Shown: piece by piece, positions 55,786 through 64,000 of the stretch
Layout of the letters: each line of letters starts with the position of its first letter
Numbering within the stretch: position 1 is the stretch's first letter
Virus record (IMG/VR): IMGVR_UViG_3300025108_000034
Direction: 5' to 3' (one strand)
DNA length: 64,000 nt
Origin: an uncultured virus (IMG/VR IMGVR_UViG_3300025108_000034)
Lineage: Duplodnaviria > Heunggongvirae > Uroviricota > Caudoviricetes
Notes under the pieces: generated by a model
The model's input: the letters and a program-made list of their open reading frames with translations, nothing else
Told to the model about the DNA's origin: nothing
Database searches by the model: none
Position numbers and translations under genes: made by a program

Positions 55786-58086
55786 ATGTCAGAATTCCGG
55801 TCAGAAGCTCCATCAGCAGAAACAGTCTTCTATCGCACTTATAGTCGCAGGAAAGCAGACGGCACTAGGGAAAACTTCCAAGAGGCTATGACCCGCACGG
55901 TCAAAGACCTCGCTCGAATTGGCAACTTCACCGAGCAAGAGACCGCGCACGTTACAGAGCAAGCTTTGTCTCAGCACGCTTTTCCTTCTGGTCGTGCTTT
56001 CTGGGTGGCCGGTACTGACTGGAGTAAAAAGGCTGAAAATTTTAGCGGTTACTATAACTGTACCTCCACTCATATTGAAGACCTTGAGGCTTTTGGCTTG
56101 CTCGTCGACTTGGCCATGCAAGGGTCTGGGACTGGAGCTGTTTTAGAGGAAAACGTTGTTTCAAAATTGCCTCCAATTCTTCGAACATTGCATTTAGAAA
56201 GTGTTTCAGAGATAGGAACCGGACTTGGACTAGAAGAAACCAAGATTATTTGGGATAACAAGAACGTTCATATTCGCGTAGGAGATTCCCGAAAAGGTTG
56301 GAAGGATGCGTATATGGCTCTTCTTTCTCAGGCGACTAGAAACTTAGCCGACAAAGATTGTTACGTTTATATAGACCTAGGACAAGTCAGGCCTAGTGGC
56401 AGGAGACTAAAAGGGTTCGGAGGAACCGCCAATCCGATTAAGCTCCCTAGTTTATTCGGTAAGGTCATCGATGTCTTGAATGGAGCCACTGGCCGTCAAC
56501 TGACGACCATTGAAGCCTGCCTTCTAATTGATGAGGCAGCTACTTGTATTGTGGCTGGCAACATTCGTCGTTCTGCTGGCATGCGTCAGTTTTCGGAAGG
56601 TGATTCGGAAGCAGCTACTGCAAAGCTAGGACTTTACTCTCAGGACGAATCAGGTAATTGGCGGGTGGATCCGAAGAAAGAAGCTCTTCGCATGGCTAAC
56701 CACACCAGATGCTATCATCGCAAACCCTCTTACGAGGAGGTCGAGGCTGCGGTTCGCATGCAATTCGAGTCTGGAGAAGGCGCTATTCAGTACGTTCCTG
56801 AGGCTATCGCTAGAGCTAATGCTGATCTCCTGAATACAAACACTCGCAAGAACACTTTCCTGAGGGCTTATGCGCTTGAGGGAGGTCGTCGCAGCTATGC
56901 TGAGAACGTGCTCAGGACCTACTCCGCTATCGACGGTCTTAAGTTGACTGATCGCGAGTTTTCACATCGGATGGATCGCTATGGTCTTAATCCCTGTGGA
57001 GAGATTATCGGTCGCGATTTCCACTGCAATTTGGCTGAAGTTCACCTCAACACTATCGATCCTAACGACCATGAAGCACAAGACGCCGCTTTTTATGCCG
57101 CTGGACTTCAGGTCGCTGCGTTATTACAGCATGAGTTCGTCCATGAAAGGTATCGGTACAGTCGGGAGATCGATCCAATCGTTGGTGTTTCTTTCACTGG
57201 CTTTTTTGATTTCATGGTGCATTCTTGCGGCTACGACTGGCTGAAGTGGATGATGGAAGGCCGCGAAGGCAAGAGAGCAACGGACATGTATGAGTCTACT
57301 GAGCGTCGCTTCCTAAAACGCTGGCGCAAGGCAGCACATAAGGGAGTTTGCGATTATTGTGAGAAGCACGATATCCGACTGCCTAACCGAATCACCACTG
57401 TCCAGCCTGCAGGAACCAAGAGCTTGCTTACAGGTGCTAGTAGTGGCTGGCATCCTCCCAAGGCTCAAAGGTTTATTCGTCGCATCACTTTGGGTGTTAA
57501 AGACCCGCTTGTTCCGGCTTTGATCGAAAAAGGATTTAGTATTATTCCAGCACAATCGGCCCGAGACGAAGAAGGAAATCTCCTTGACGATATTGCCGAT
57601 CCTCGTGTGCAAGAGGTATTGGTAGAAATACCTACCGAAGTAAGCTGGGCGAATGTCCCAGGGTGTGACTCATTCGATTTGGCTCAATTGCCAGTAAAGG
57701 CTCAATACGGTCTCTATATGCAAGTACAGCGTCACTACACGGATCACAACACTTCTGCCACTATCGAGCTAAGGGAGAACGAAATTGAGTCCTTAGCTAA
57801 GCTCATTCATGACGACGTCAAAAACGACAATGGCTACATATCTGCCGCTCTTTTAGCAAGGTTCGACGTTGATGGAGGGACGTTCCCTCGGCTCCCCTTC
57901 GAACCAATCGATAAAGAGACTTATCAACGACTCGTCGCCATTCAACAAGCAACAGAGTCTGAAGAGCCTTTCCTTGATATACTGAATAAGTATGACTCAG
58001 AGGAATGGTCAATCGAATCAGTAGCTGGTTGCACGAACGCAAGCTGTATAGCCAAAGCAGAAGCGGATGAACGGCAAGGCAAATGA
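55786..58086 (+). CDS. nrdJ: Class II (B12-dependent, monomeric) ribonucleotide reductase
   Basis: 'VFYRTYSR', 'PSGR', 'YYNC', 'VAGNIRRSA', 'NPCGEI', 'TVQPAGT', C-terminal 'GCTNASC'. Confidence 0.95.
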   Translation: MSEFRSEAPSAETVFYRTYSRRKADGTRENFQEAMTRTVKDLARIGNFTEQETAHVTEQALSQHAFPSGRAFWVAGTDWSKKAENFSGYYNCTSTHIEDLEAFGLLVDLAMQGSGTGAVLEENVVSKLPPILRTLHLESVSEIGTGLGLEETKIIWDNKNVHIRVGDSRKGWKDAYMALLSQATRNLADKDCYVYIDLGQVRPSGRRLKGFGGTANPIKLPSLFGKVIDVLNGATGRQLTTIEACLLIDEAATCIVAGNIRRSAGMRQFSEGDSEAATAKLGLYSQDESGNWRVDPKKEALRMANHTRCYHRKPSYEEVEAAVRMQFESGEGAIQYVPEAIARANADLLNTNTRKNTFLRAYALEGGRRSYAENVLRTYSAIDGLKLTDREFSHRMDRYGLNPCGEIIGRDFHCNLAEVHLNTIDPNDHEAQDAAFYAAGLQVAALLQHEFVHERYRYSREIDPIVGVSFTGFFDFMVHSCGYDWLKWMMEGREGKRATDMYESTERRFLKRWRKAAHKGVCDYCEKHDIRLPNRITTVQPAGTKSLLTGASSGWHPPKAQRFIRRITLGVKDPLVPALIEKGFSIIPAQSARDEEGNLLDDIADPRVQEVLVEIPTEVSWANVPGCDSFDLAQLPVKAQYGLYMQVQRHYTDHNTSATIELRENEIESLAKLIHDDVKNDNGYISAALLARFDVDGGTFPRLPFEPIDKETYQRLVAIQQATESEEPFLDILNKYDSEEWSIESVAGCTNASCIAKAEADERQGK

Positions 58087-58286
58087 GTTGGAACAACGCT
58101 CATGTCAACAAGGTCACGTATCCAGATCATCCCGATCTGGAGCAGGCTTTGGGTAATTTCAGGAACCAATACATTTGGTATCAACAGCAGATCAAGTATC
58201 GCAAAACGAGAGGGGTCGATTCGGCTCCAGTCGAAAGCGCTTGGTCTTCTTTTCTTAAGCTTCGCAAAAAGTACTTCTCCGTTTAA
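58083..58286 (+). CDS. Hypothetical protein
   Basis: ATGA overlap with nrdJ. Confidence 0.5.
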   Translation: MSWNNAHVNKVTYPDHPDLEQALGNFRNQYIWYQQQIKYRKTRGVDSAPVESAWSSFLKLRKKYFSV

Positions 58287-58295
58287 GGTAAAACC

Positions 58296-58796
58296 GTGGC
58301 AACCATTGTTGACTATCAGATCAGAAGACTTTGTCGCACACATGGCATCGTTGAACCTTTTGATCCAGAAATGGTAAATCCAGCTTCAATAGATGTAGTC
58401 CTTGGCCCTATTGTCAAGGTTGAAAACGACAGCGGAGAGTTTACTCCATTCAACATCGAAAAAGAAACTTTCTACATGCCCCCTGGATCATTTGTTCTCG
58501 CAAGTACTGCTGAATGGATAAGAGTTCCTAATCACATGGAATGTATCTTTCATCTCAAGTCATCTCGTGCCAGAGAAGGTTATGAGCACGCTTTCGCTGG
58601 CTACTGTGACGCAGGGTTCCAAGGAAATGTCACACTCGAACTCAGCAATTTGCGACGTTTTAAAGAGCTCCCATTGAGAGCGGGGATGAGAATGGGACAG
58701 CTTCGGTTTATGAAGCTAGATAGTACTCCCTTACGCCCTTATTCTCTCACTGGCCGTTACCAGAACGACGAGGGAGTGCAGGAGAGTAAGGGTTAA
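58296..58796 (+). CDS. dcd: dCTP deaminase
   Basis: 'NPASID...FVLAST.E...KSSRAREG...DAGFQGNVTLEL...YQ'. Confidence 0.92.
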   Translation: MATIVDYQIRRLCRTHGIVEPFDPEMVNPASIDVVLGPIVKVENDSGEFTPFNIEKETFYMPPGSFVLASTAEWIRVPNHMECIFHLKSSRAREGYEHAFAGYCDAGFQGNVTLELSNLRRFKELPLRAGMRMGQLRFMKLDSTPLRPYSLTGRYQNDEGVQESKG

Positions 58797-58811
58797 GGAA
58801 TCCTAGTAAGG

Positions 58812-58878
58812 CTAGGTAGCGAGACGCGCCTGGGTTAAACATCACTTATGGCGCGACGCCTACCATCGCAGCGATTGC
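58812..58878 (+). promoter_or_regulatory. Portal 5' leader with three GNGAY-loop hairpins
   Basis: CTAGGT(A)GC-GAGAC-GCGCCTGG, GGC-GCGAC-GCC, GCA-GCGAT-TGC abutting the ATG. Confidence 0.6.
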
Positions 58879-58879
58879 T

Positions 58880-60367
58880 ATGTCTCACGGAATCCAACAT
58901 CCCATCAATGATCCATCACTGGTCAGTTATCATCGTCCAGAACTTGTCAAGCTGCTTCCTCAACTAGAACAGGCCCATGACTGCTGGACACTTCTCAATG
59001 CGGATGGACTCGGAAAATCAAAAGAAAAATACTTGCAACGAGAGCCAGCAGAACCCAATGCCGCTTATTTGGCTCGCTTGGATCGATCTACCTACACTCC
59101 GATCTATCGTGATTCTATCCGTTCTTATGCTGGTTTGCTGAGTCGCTTCCAAATCATCGACGCTCCCCCTAGTATGGAGGCGAATGACGACAACGTTGAC
59201 CTGCAAGGCTCCAGCATGCAGAGCTTTCTCACTATGGTTGACGAGGCCGTACTTCGTGACGGAGGCAGCTTTGTCATGGTGGACATTATGCCAGAAGGCG
59301 AGGCTGAAAACTTCTTTGATCAGATGAGCGATGGCCGTCATCCTTATCTCGTAAGCATTAAACGTGCTGATGTAATTAATTGGAGTATTAGTTATGAGCG
59401 AGGATCCGAATCGGTAAATCATGCAACCATTCGACAATTGAGATCCATCCCAGACCCCGAGGGTCGCTTTGGCTCAAGGATCGAACCTGTTTACTATGTC
59501 CTGACGCCTGGAAAAGTAGAGACTTACAAGCTTGTCAAGACTGACGTCAATCGCTGGGCCAATCAAAAGATAGACGAAGTGTCTACGAGTCTGCCTATTG
59601 TCCCTGTCGTTTGGTACGGAGCCACAACTAATAGATTTGCTCAAGGGGATCTGCCCATGGATGGCTTAGCTGATCTCAGCATTCAACACTTTCAGATGCG
59701 CTCCGATCTGGCCGAGTTGCTTCATAAGTGCGCTATGCCTGTTCCTGTAAGGAAAGGTGCTCCTATAGGCCCTGACGGCAGGCCTGCGCCACTGGTTCTT
59801 GGGCCGAACACTGCCGTTGACTTGAACACCGAAGGTGGTGACTTTAGCTTCGCCGAACCTACAGGCAAATCGCTTGAGCGTCACCAGTCAGAGATTAGAC
59901 ATGTAGAAGAGCTTATGGATCGCAGTTCCTTGAACTTTCTCTATGGGGCTAATGTCAAGACAGCCACTGAAGCGTCCCTGAGGGCCTCTCAGGTCACTTC
60001 TAGCGTTGCTGCTCTGGTACGGAACAAAAGTGCCATCTTCGGCGTCATCATGAGGCTCTGGGCGTGGTATGCGGGGGAACGTTCAGCCATTACGAACGAG
60101 TCAGGACTTGCTATTAACGACTCTCTGATTAGCAAGCCCCTGGAAGCCTCTGAAATGGCACAACTTGTAAATCTTTATTCGAATCAATTGCTTTGCAGAA
60201 AGACAGTTCTTGACGAATTGCAGCGTGGTGGAGTCCTTGATCCCGACCTAGTTATTGACGAAGAGATTCAGCGTATCGAAAATGATCAGGAAGACGTGGC
60301 CAATCGTGTGGTTAAAACCGAACCACAGGAGCCTGAACCTCTTTCTCCAGATGGTATACTGGCATAG
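58880..60367 (+). CDS. Portal protein (DUF4055/SPP1-like)
   Basis: 'YL.REPAEP..AY.ARL...NVDLQG...HF...DL..LLH.CA.P...KTATEA...ELQRGGVL'. Confidence 0.85.
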   Translation: MSHGIQHPINDPSLVSYHRPELVKLLPQLEQAHDCWTLLNADGLGKSKEKYLQREPAEPNAAYLARLDRSTYTPIYRDSIRSYAGLLSRFQIIDAPPSMEANDDNVDLQGSSMQSFLTMVDEAVLRDGGSFVMVDIMPEGEAENFFDQMSDGRHPYLVSIKRADVINWSISYERGSESVNHATIRQLRSIPDPEGRFGSRIEPVYYVLTPGKVETYKLVKTDVNRWANQKIDEVSTSLPIVPVVWYGATTNRFAQGDLPMDGLADLSIQHFQMRSDLAELLHKCAMPVPVRKGAPIGPDGRPAPLVLGPNTAVDLNTEGGDFSFAEPTGKSLERHQSEIRHVEELMDRSSLNFLYGANVKTATEASLRASQVTSSVAALVRNKSAIFGVIMRLWAWYAGERSAITNESGLAINDSLISKPLEASEMAQLVNLYSNQLLCRKTVLDELQRGGVLDPDLVIDEEIQRIENDQEDVANRVVKTEPQEPEPLSPDGILA

Positions 60368-60385
60368 GCTAGTAAAGACTCGAAG

Positions 60386-60634
60386 ATGAAAGGACCTGAA
60401 ACACCAGAAGTTGTAGCTCGTTTTTCTTTCAAAAAAGATCGAGCTCACGAATTTAATGAAGATGGTCGCCAAGTAGTAGAAATGGATAATCTCACTATTG
60501 AGGAAGTCATAAAATTCAGCAAAGAGTTCTGTGATTCCCTTGATAACATATGCATCTTGATTGATGGCAGCGAGGTTGTTTACATGACAGACTATTTATA
60601 TGAAAGTTCTCAGGAAGGCCTTGAAGGAGTTTAG
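60386..60634 (+). CDS. Hypothetical protein
   Basis: GGTATACTGG at 60353. Confidence 0.55.
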   Translation: MKGPETPEVVARFSFKKDRAHEFNEDGRQVVEMDNLTIEEVIKFSKEFCDSLDNICILIDGSEVVYMTDYLYESSQEGLEGV

Positions 60635-60664
60635 CTGCTACAATCCTGCTGACTCATCCTTGCT

Positions 60665-61009
60665 ATGCTTAAAATCAGTAAAAAAGTGCGCTCTCATGGG
60701 GGTAGCTTCGTTTACGAAATAATGGCCCCTGTCTGTGTACTTTATGACAGAGAGGAGCTTCCATGGCCTTCCTGTTCCTTGAGATGGAAAGGGAAACAGC
60801 CTTCTTGGAACAGACAAGGTCGGCGATTTGTCCCTGATCTTGCGGCTTCAAGGTGTCCAGCTTACGCTGTTAAAGCGACTGACTTATGGGGATGTTGCTG
60901 GGAGCAAATCCTGATTATGTACGATCAAAGGCTAAGCCGTCAGGAAAAAGATTTTTGGTACTGGCGGTACAAACCAAACCAACAACCACCCAATTATGTT
61001 GAATTATAA
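60665..61009 (+). CDS. Hypothetical Trp-rich protein
   Basis: 114-aa ORF; true start may be downstream. Confidence 0.5.
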   Translation: MLKISKKVRSHGGSFVYEIMAPVCVLYDREELPWPSCSLRWKGKQPSWNRQGRRFVPDLAASRCPAYAVKATDLWGCCWEQILIMYDQRLSRQEKDFWYWRYKPNQQPPNYVEL

Positions 61010-61116
61010 CAAGCCTCTTAGAGGGATTGACTGGTCTGCTATCTTTAAGAAGAGGCCAAGCCTCAATCCTCCAGGCTACAATCAACTACTAGAACAAATC
61101 CGACAGGAAAAGTCCA

Positions 61117-61299
61117 ATGGAAAAGATGTTTAACGCTTGCAGGCTTTTGGCTGATTACATTCAGCAGCTTGAATTGGATGAAGATCTTTACAAAGAGCTA
61201 GAATTTCTTCGCAATGAATTCGTGGTCATGCTAAGAGAAGAAGGTAATCAGCAGGAACTTTTCTCTGATTTCAATCAATCAAATGATTTTACGGCTTGA
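61117..61299 (+). CDS. Hypothetical protein
   Basis: 60 aa, AGGA RBS. Confidence 0.45.
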   Translation: MEKMFNACRLLADYIQQLELDEDLYKELEFLRNEFVVMLREEGNQQELFSDFNQSNDFTA

Positions 61300-61359
61300 C
61301 GAAAACTTTTTTTTTACAACCAAGATACACGTTCCAATCGCGCCCTCACTCAATTCGCT

Positions 61360-61773
61360 GTGGATAAGCTTATTGAGTTCAATAACAATCCAAAGCCCGA
61401 GCCTTTTACCGAGACCCAAGGCAATACTACTGTTTCGGTACACATTGACAGGTTCAATGACGAAGTGACTTTTCAAGTCTTTTTATTCGGTCTTTCAATG
61501 TTTGAAGTTTCAGAGCAATGTTTAATTGTACGAAATGGTGGATTCTTTGACTCAAAAGGTCGTCCGTCTAGAACGACTCGTGAGCGACTAAATGGGCTGC
61601 TCGACGCTGCGGGCACTCTTGGGCTTATCCCAGAGGGTGTCCGTGCCTTCTTGGCTAACAACGGTCAAAAAGACACATGCCTGGTAGGCAAGGCCAGCAA
61701 TGTTGGCGTCTTAGATGCTCAGTCATCCGATCGAGTGATTGCTCGAAACAAAGATCAGCTTTTGATTTTTTAG
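61360..61773 (+). CDS. Hypothetical protein
   Basis: 137 aa, 'SRTTRERLNGLL'. Confidence 0.55.
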   Translation: MDKLIEFNNNPKPEPFTETQGNTTVSVHIDRFNDEVTFQVFLFGLSMFEVSEQCLIVRNGGFFDSKGRPSRTTRERLNGLLDAAGTLGLIPEGVRAFLANNGQKDTCLVGKASNVGVLDAQSSDRVIARNKDQLLIF

Positions 61774-61796
61774 TAATCAGGTATCCTGAAGGTAAG

Positions 61797-61852
61797 CGTT
61801 GAGCTGTAGTGCATACTATTGCTGCAGACCGATCTGGAGGGAGCAACGGACC
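61797..61852 (+). ncRNA. Probable glutamine riboswitch (Downstream-peptide / glnA-like)
   Basis: P1 CGTTG/CAACG closing a hairpin plus GCTGCA..CCGA core; lies between the promoter motif at 61780 and a YRG-motif ORF. Confidence 0.65.
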
Positions 61853-61876
61853 TTTAGACACTGTGGAGTAATCCCG

Positions 61877-62050
61877 ATGAACACTTTAAATTTGATTCGT
61901 AACGGTCTCAAAAAGAAAATTCGCTTAAACCAAGCTCAGTTTTATTTGAGCAAGGCCTATCGCGGAATCGACTACACGTCAGCCCATCAAGCTCCAACTT
62001 TAGACAATCCGGCTGGCTACAAATACAGGGGGATTGATTATAAAAAGTAG
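61877..62050 (+). CDS. DUF4278-like small protein (two YRG motifs)
   Basis: MNTLNLIR...AYRGIDY...YKYRGIDY; GGAG RBS. Confidence 0.75.
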   Translation: MNTLNLIRNGLKKKIRLNQAQFYLSKAYRGIDYTSAHQAPTLDNPAGYKYRGIDYKK

Positions 62051-62195
62051 GAACCCTGTCCGGTATTGCTAACAAGTGATCCGAAGCACCCAATCAAGAG
62101 GCAAACTGAATAGAGAATGATTCGTCTTATGATTCTTTGTTCTGTCGTTTACCTCTTGATCTGTCTCGCAATCGTCCAAACCTATTGGCTTTTTT

Positions 62196-62462
62196 ATGTC
62201 TGAATCAACCATGAACAACTGCTCTATTACTGTCGAGGCCTACCGAAATGGTCGGGTGACTAGGGGCTTATTTGCTTTGGAAGATCACTGGTCTCTCGAT
62301 GAAGGTTTCATTGTCAACCCTAGAAAAAACAGTTATGATACCGTTGTGTGTACATTAAAGAATCTAGACTTCGGTTTGTACGATGCTCAAGGAATTGATT
62401 ACATTGCTAGTCTTCTCAATTGCCTCTCTAGCGATATTATTTCCGCCTACTTAGAGGAATGA
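62196..62462 (+). CDS. Hypothetical protein
   Basis: 88-aa ORF. Confidence 0.5.
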   Translation: MSESTMNNCSITVEAYRNGRVTRGLFALEDHWSLDEGFIVNPRKNSYDTVVCTLKNLDFGLYDAQGIDYIASLLNCLSSDIISAYLEE

Positions 62463-62959
62463 TCAATGAATAGTATTTATAACGTTACTTACCTTACGAA
62501 GCAAGGAAAACGTGACTCTATGCACATTATAGCTAATGATGCTAATGACGCTAAAGACAAAGTCTCAAAACTTCCTGAACGTTATGCTCCGGTAAAAGTT
62601 GTACTGACTTATGGTATTGATCATGAATGAAGGCATCAATGAAAGCTGGACGACTTATTTAGGTCGTTCTCTTAATGAGATGCAGTCAAGCCAGGCTCCC
62701 GAAGGCCATGTTTTAAGGGTCGAAGGAGCTCTTATTGAAGCCATTCAAAATGTGCGGCACATCCGCCGATGCTACAACAAGTCCAATAAAAAAGAAAATC
62801 AATGAACTTCACTCTTGACATCGAAGATTTCACCATCTTATTGAATGCTCTTCATTACTACAAGCGAATAGAAAAATGTGGGAACTTTCAAGCTTACGAC
62901 GAAAAGCGAATAAACGATCTTCGTGACAAGATGTCACAACAGCTTACAAATCAAAACCT

Positions 62960-63154
62960 ATGACATCCCAAGAAAGCGATTATTCACGTTTTGAAGTGTC
63001 CTTAGACTCCATAGGCTTGAGAATACTTCTCGATGCTGTAACTTACAGGCTTGAACGTTGGCCAGGAGGAGATCCTCAAGAGCAAGAGAACCTGCACAGG
63101 ATGAGGACCGTCTTGCAAGCCATTGTCTTAGAGGCGCACTTTGACTCTTCTTAG
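62960..63154 (+). CDS. Conserved cyanophage-type small protein
   Basis: 'LERWPGGDPQEQE.L' motif. Confidence 0.6.
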   Translation: MTSQESDYSRFEVSLDSIGLRILLDAVTYRLERWPGGDPQEQENLHRMRTVLQAIVLEAHFDSS

Positions 63155-63164
63155 CCGATAGCAC

Positions 63165-63193
63165 TTGACAATTCGCTTCAAAGCCTTTACTGT
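63165..63193 (+). promoter_or_regulatory. Sigma70 promoter
   Basis: TTGACA-17 nt-TACTGT. Confidence 0.65.
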
Positions 63194-63219
63194 TGGGCAT
63201 ACCCAACAAAGGTCTCACA

Positions 63220-63495
63220 GTGAACAACCACGAGCTCGTCAGTCAAATCTTGAATACAGCTGGTTCTCAATTCGTTTCCGTCGTTTTCGAAAAAATTAAC
63301 GGCGAAAAACGTCAATTAACGTTTAATCCAAAGCACATTGGAGAAATCAAAGGTACAGGTTCAAAATGCCAAGACCCTAACATCTTTCGTATTATGGACA
63401 TTAATTTAAAGCAGTGGCGTAGTTTTGACGCTCGCCGTGTTATCTCCATTAAGGTCTCAGGTCAACTGACAGAGCTTAATAAAGAAGCTGCGTAA
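63220..63495 (+). CDS. SH3/WYL-like beta-barrel protein
   Basis: 'FVSVVFEKINGEKRQL...MD....WRSF'; GTG start after the promoter. Confidence 0.65.
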   Translation: MNNHELVSQILNTAGSQFVSVVFEKINGEKRQLTFNPKHIGEIKGTGSKCQDPNIFRIMDINLKQWRSFDARRVISIKVSGQLTELNKEAA

Positions 63496-63783
63496 GCTGT
63501 CCTTTAGCTTTTTACACGGATTTCTACTATGAGTCTTATTGCCTTACTGGTTGGCTCGATTGGAGTCGGCCTATTGTTTACAGTCATACCCTTAAGTCTT
63601 CATTTTTTGTCCGAGAAAGAAAAAGAATGAATAGAATATCCTTGTTTACACTGATTCTTTTTCTTGTAGTGTTTGACGTTTTATTCCTTACGGGTAAAGT
63701 TACTCCAGAGAAAGAGCGACCGCCTTCTTGCTGGAAAGCTTCTCCAGAATTGGTAACATTCTAACAAACAAACCTTGTCAAAA

Positions 63784-64000
63784 ATGAAAGACCATGCCAA
63801 CTCAACAGCCTTGCAATGGTTCCGTCGCAGCTTAGGGGATTGGAAGAGTGATCGACGTTATCTTTTTGCTCCCTCTTTGAAACCTGCAAACATGGTAACT
63901 AATTTCACTGTTAGTGAGGGGTCTAACGGCAATCAGTTCGTCATTCAATGGGAAGGACAGACTTCTGGCACTATGGAAACAGAACTCAACGGACTCGTGC
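63784..64000 (+). CDS. CpcS/CpeS-family phycobiliprotein lyase-like protein (truncated by window end)
   Basis: MKDHANSTALQWFRRSLGDWKSDRRYLF... matches the 'F..S.G.W.S.R.Y' N-terminus of S/U lyases. Confidence 0.65.
   Translation, partial: MKDHANSTALQWFRRSLGDWKSDRRYLFAPSLKPANMVTNFTVSEGSNGNQFVIQWEGQTSGTMETELNGLV

Noticed and set aside
47419..58086. Inteins or introns in terL, primase or nrdJ
   Set aside because: Lengths are ordinary, ORFs are continuous, and no intein splice or homing-endonuclease motifs were seen.
9661..59884. Numerous antisense or alternate-frame ORFs inside long genes (e.g. 16322-16909, 22931-23356, 45724-46203, 50340-50837)
   Set aside because: These are shadow ORFs of well-supported genes with no independent signals.
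1..64000. Prophage or lysogeny module
   Set aside because: No integrase, repressor pair, att-like junction or host chromosomal genes were recognised in this window.

Overview
This window is a 64-kb piece of a tailed dsDNA cyanophage genome, probably infecting marine Synechococcus. The host inference comes from psbA, hli, a CpcS/CpeS-type lyase fragment and a glutamine-riboswitch/DUF4278 cassette. The tail is siphovirus-like: major tail protein, tape measure, a frameshifted chaperone pair and no recognisable sheath. Layout: about 1-2800 is a probable terminal/early region with an iteron cluster, a dense palindrome array and leftward early genes; 2800-36000 holds structural genes, fibres and an endolysin; 36000-53500 holds replication, recombination, two sigma factors, ThyX, psbA, terminase and primase; 53500-64000 holds class II RNR, dCTP deaminase, portal and small genes. 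Main observations not explained by the gene list: (1) a GG[ACT]AnnCT[AG] motif about 27-30 nt before most late start codons, plausibly read by the phage SigF-like sigma; (2) G-N-G-A-Y pentaloop hairpins in the leaders of the dispersed head genes (terS, portal, scaffold, capsid); (3) an array of LexA-, Fur-like and other palindromes at 590-830; (4) a duplicated iteron/AT-rich origin-like element; (5) two parallel three-gene fibre chains with matching terminal motifs; (6) a mini-tRNA-like element ahead of psbA. All calls come from reading the sequence; no database searches or folding programs were run.
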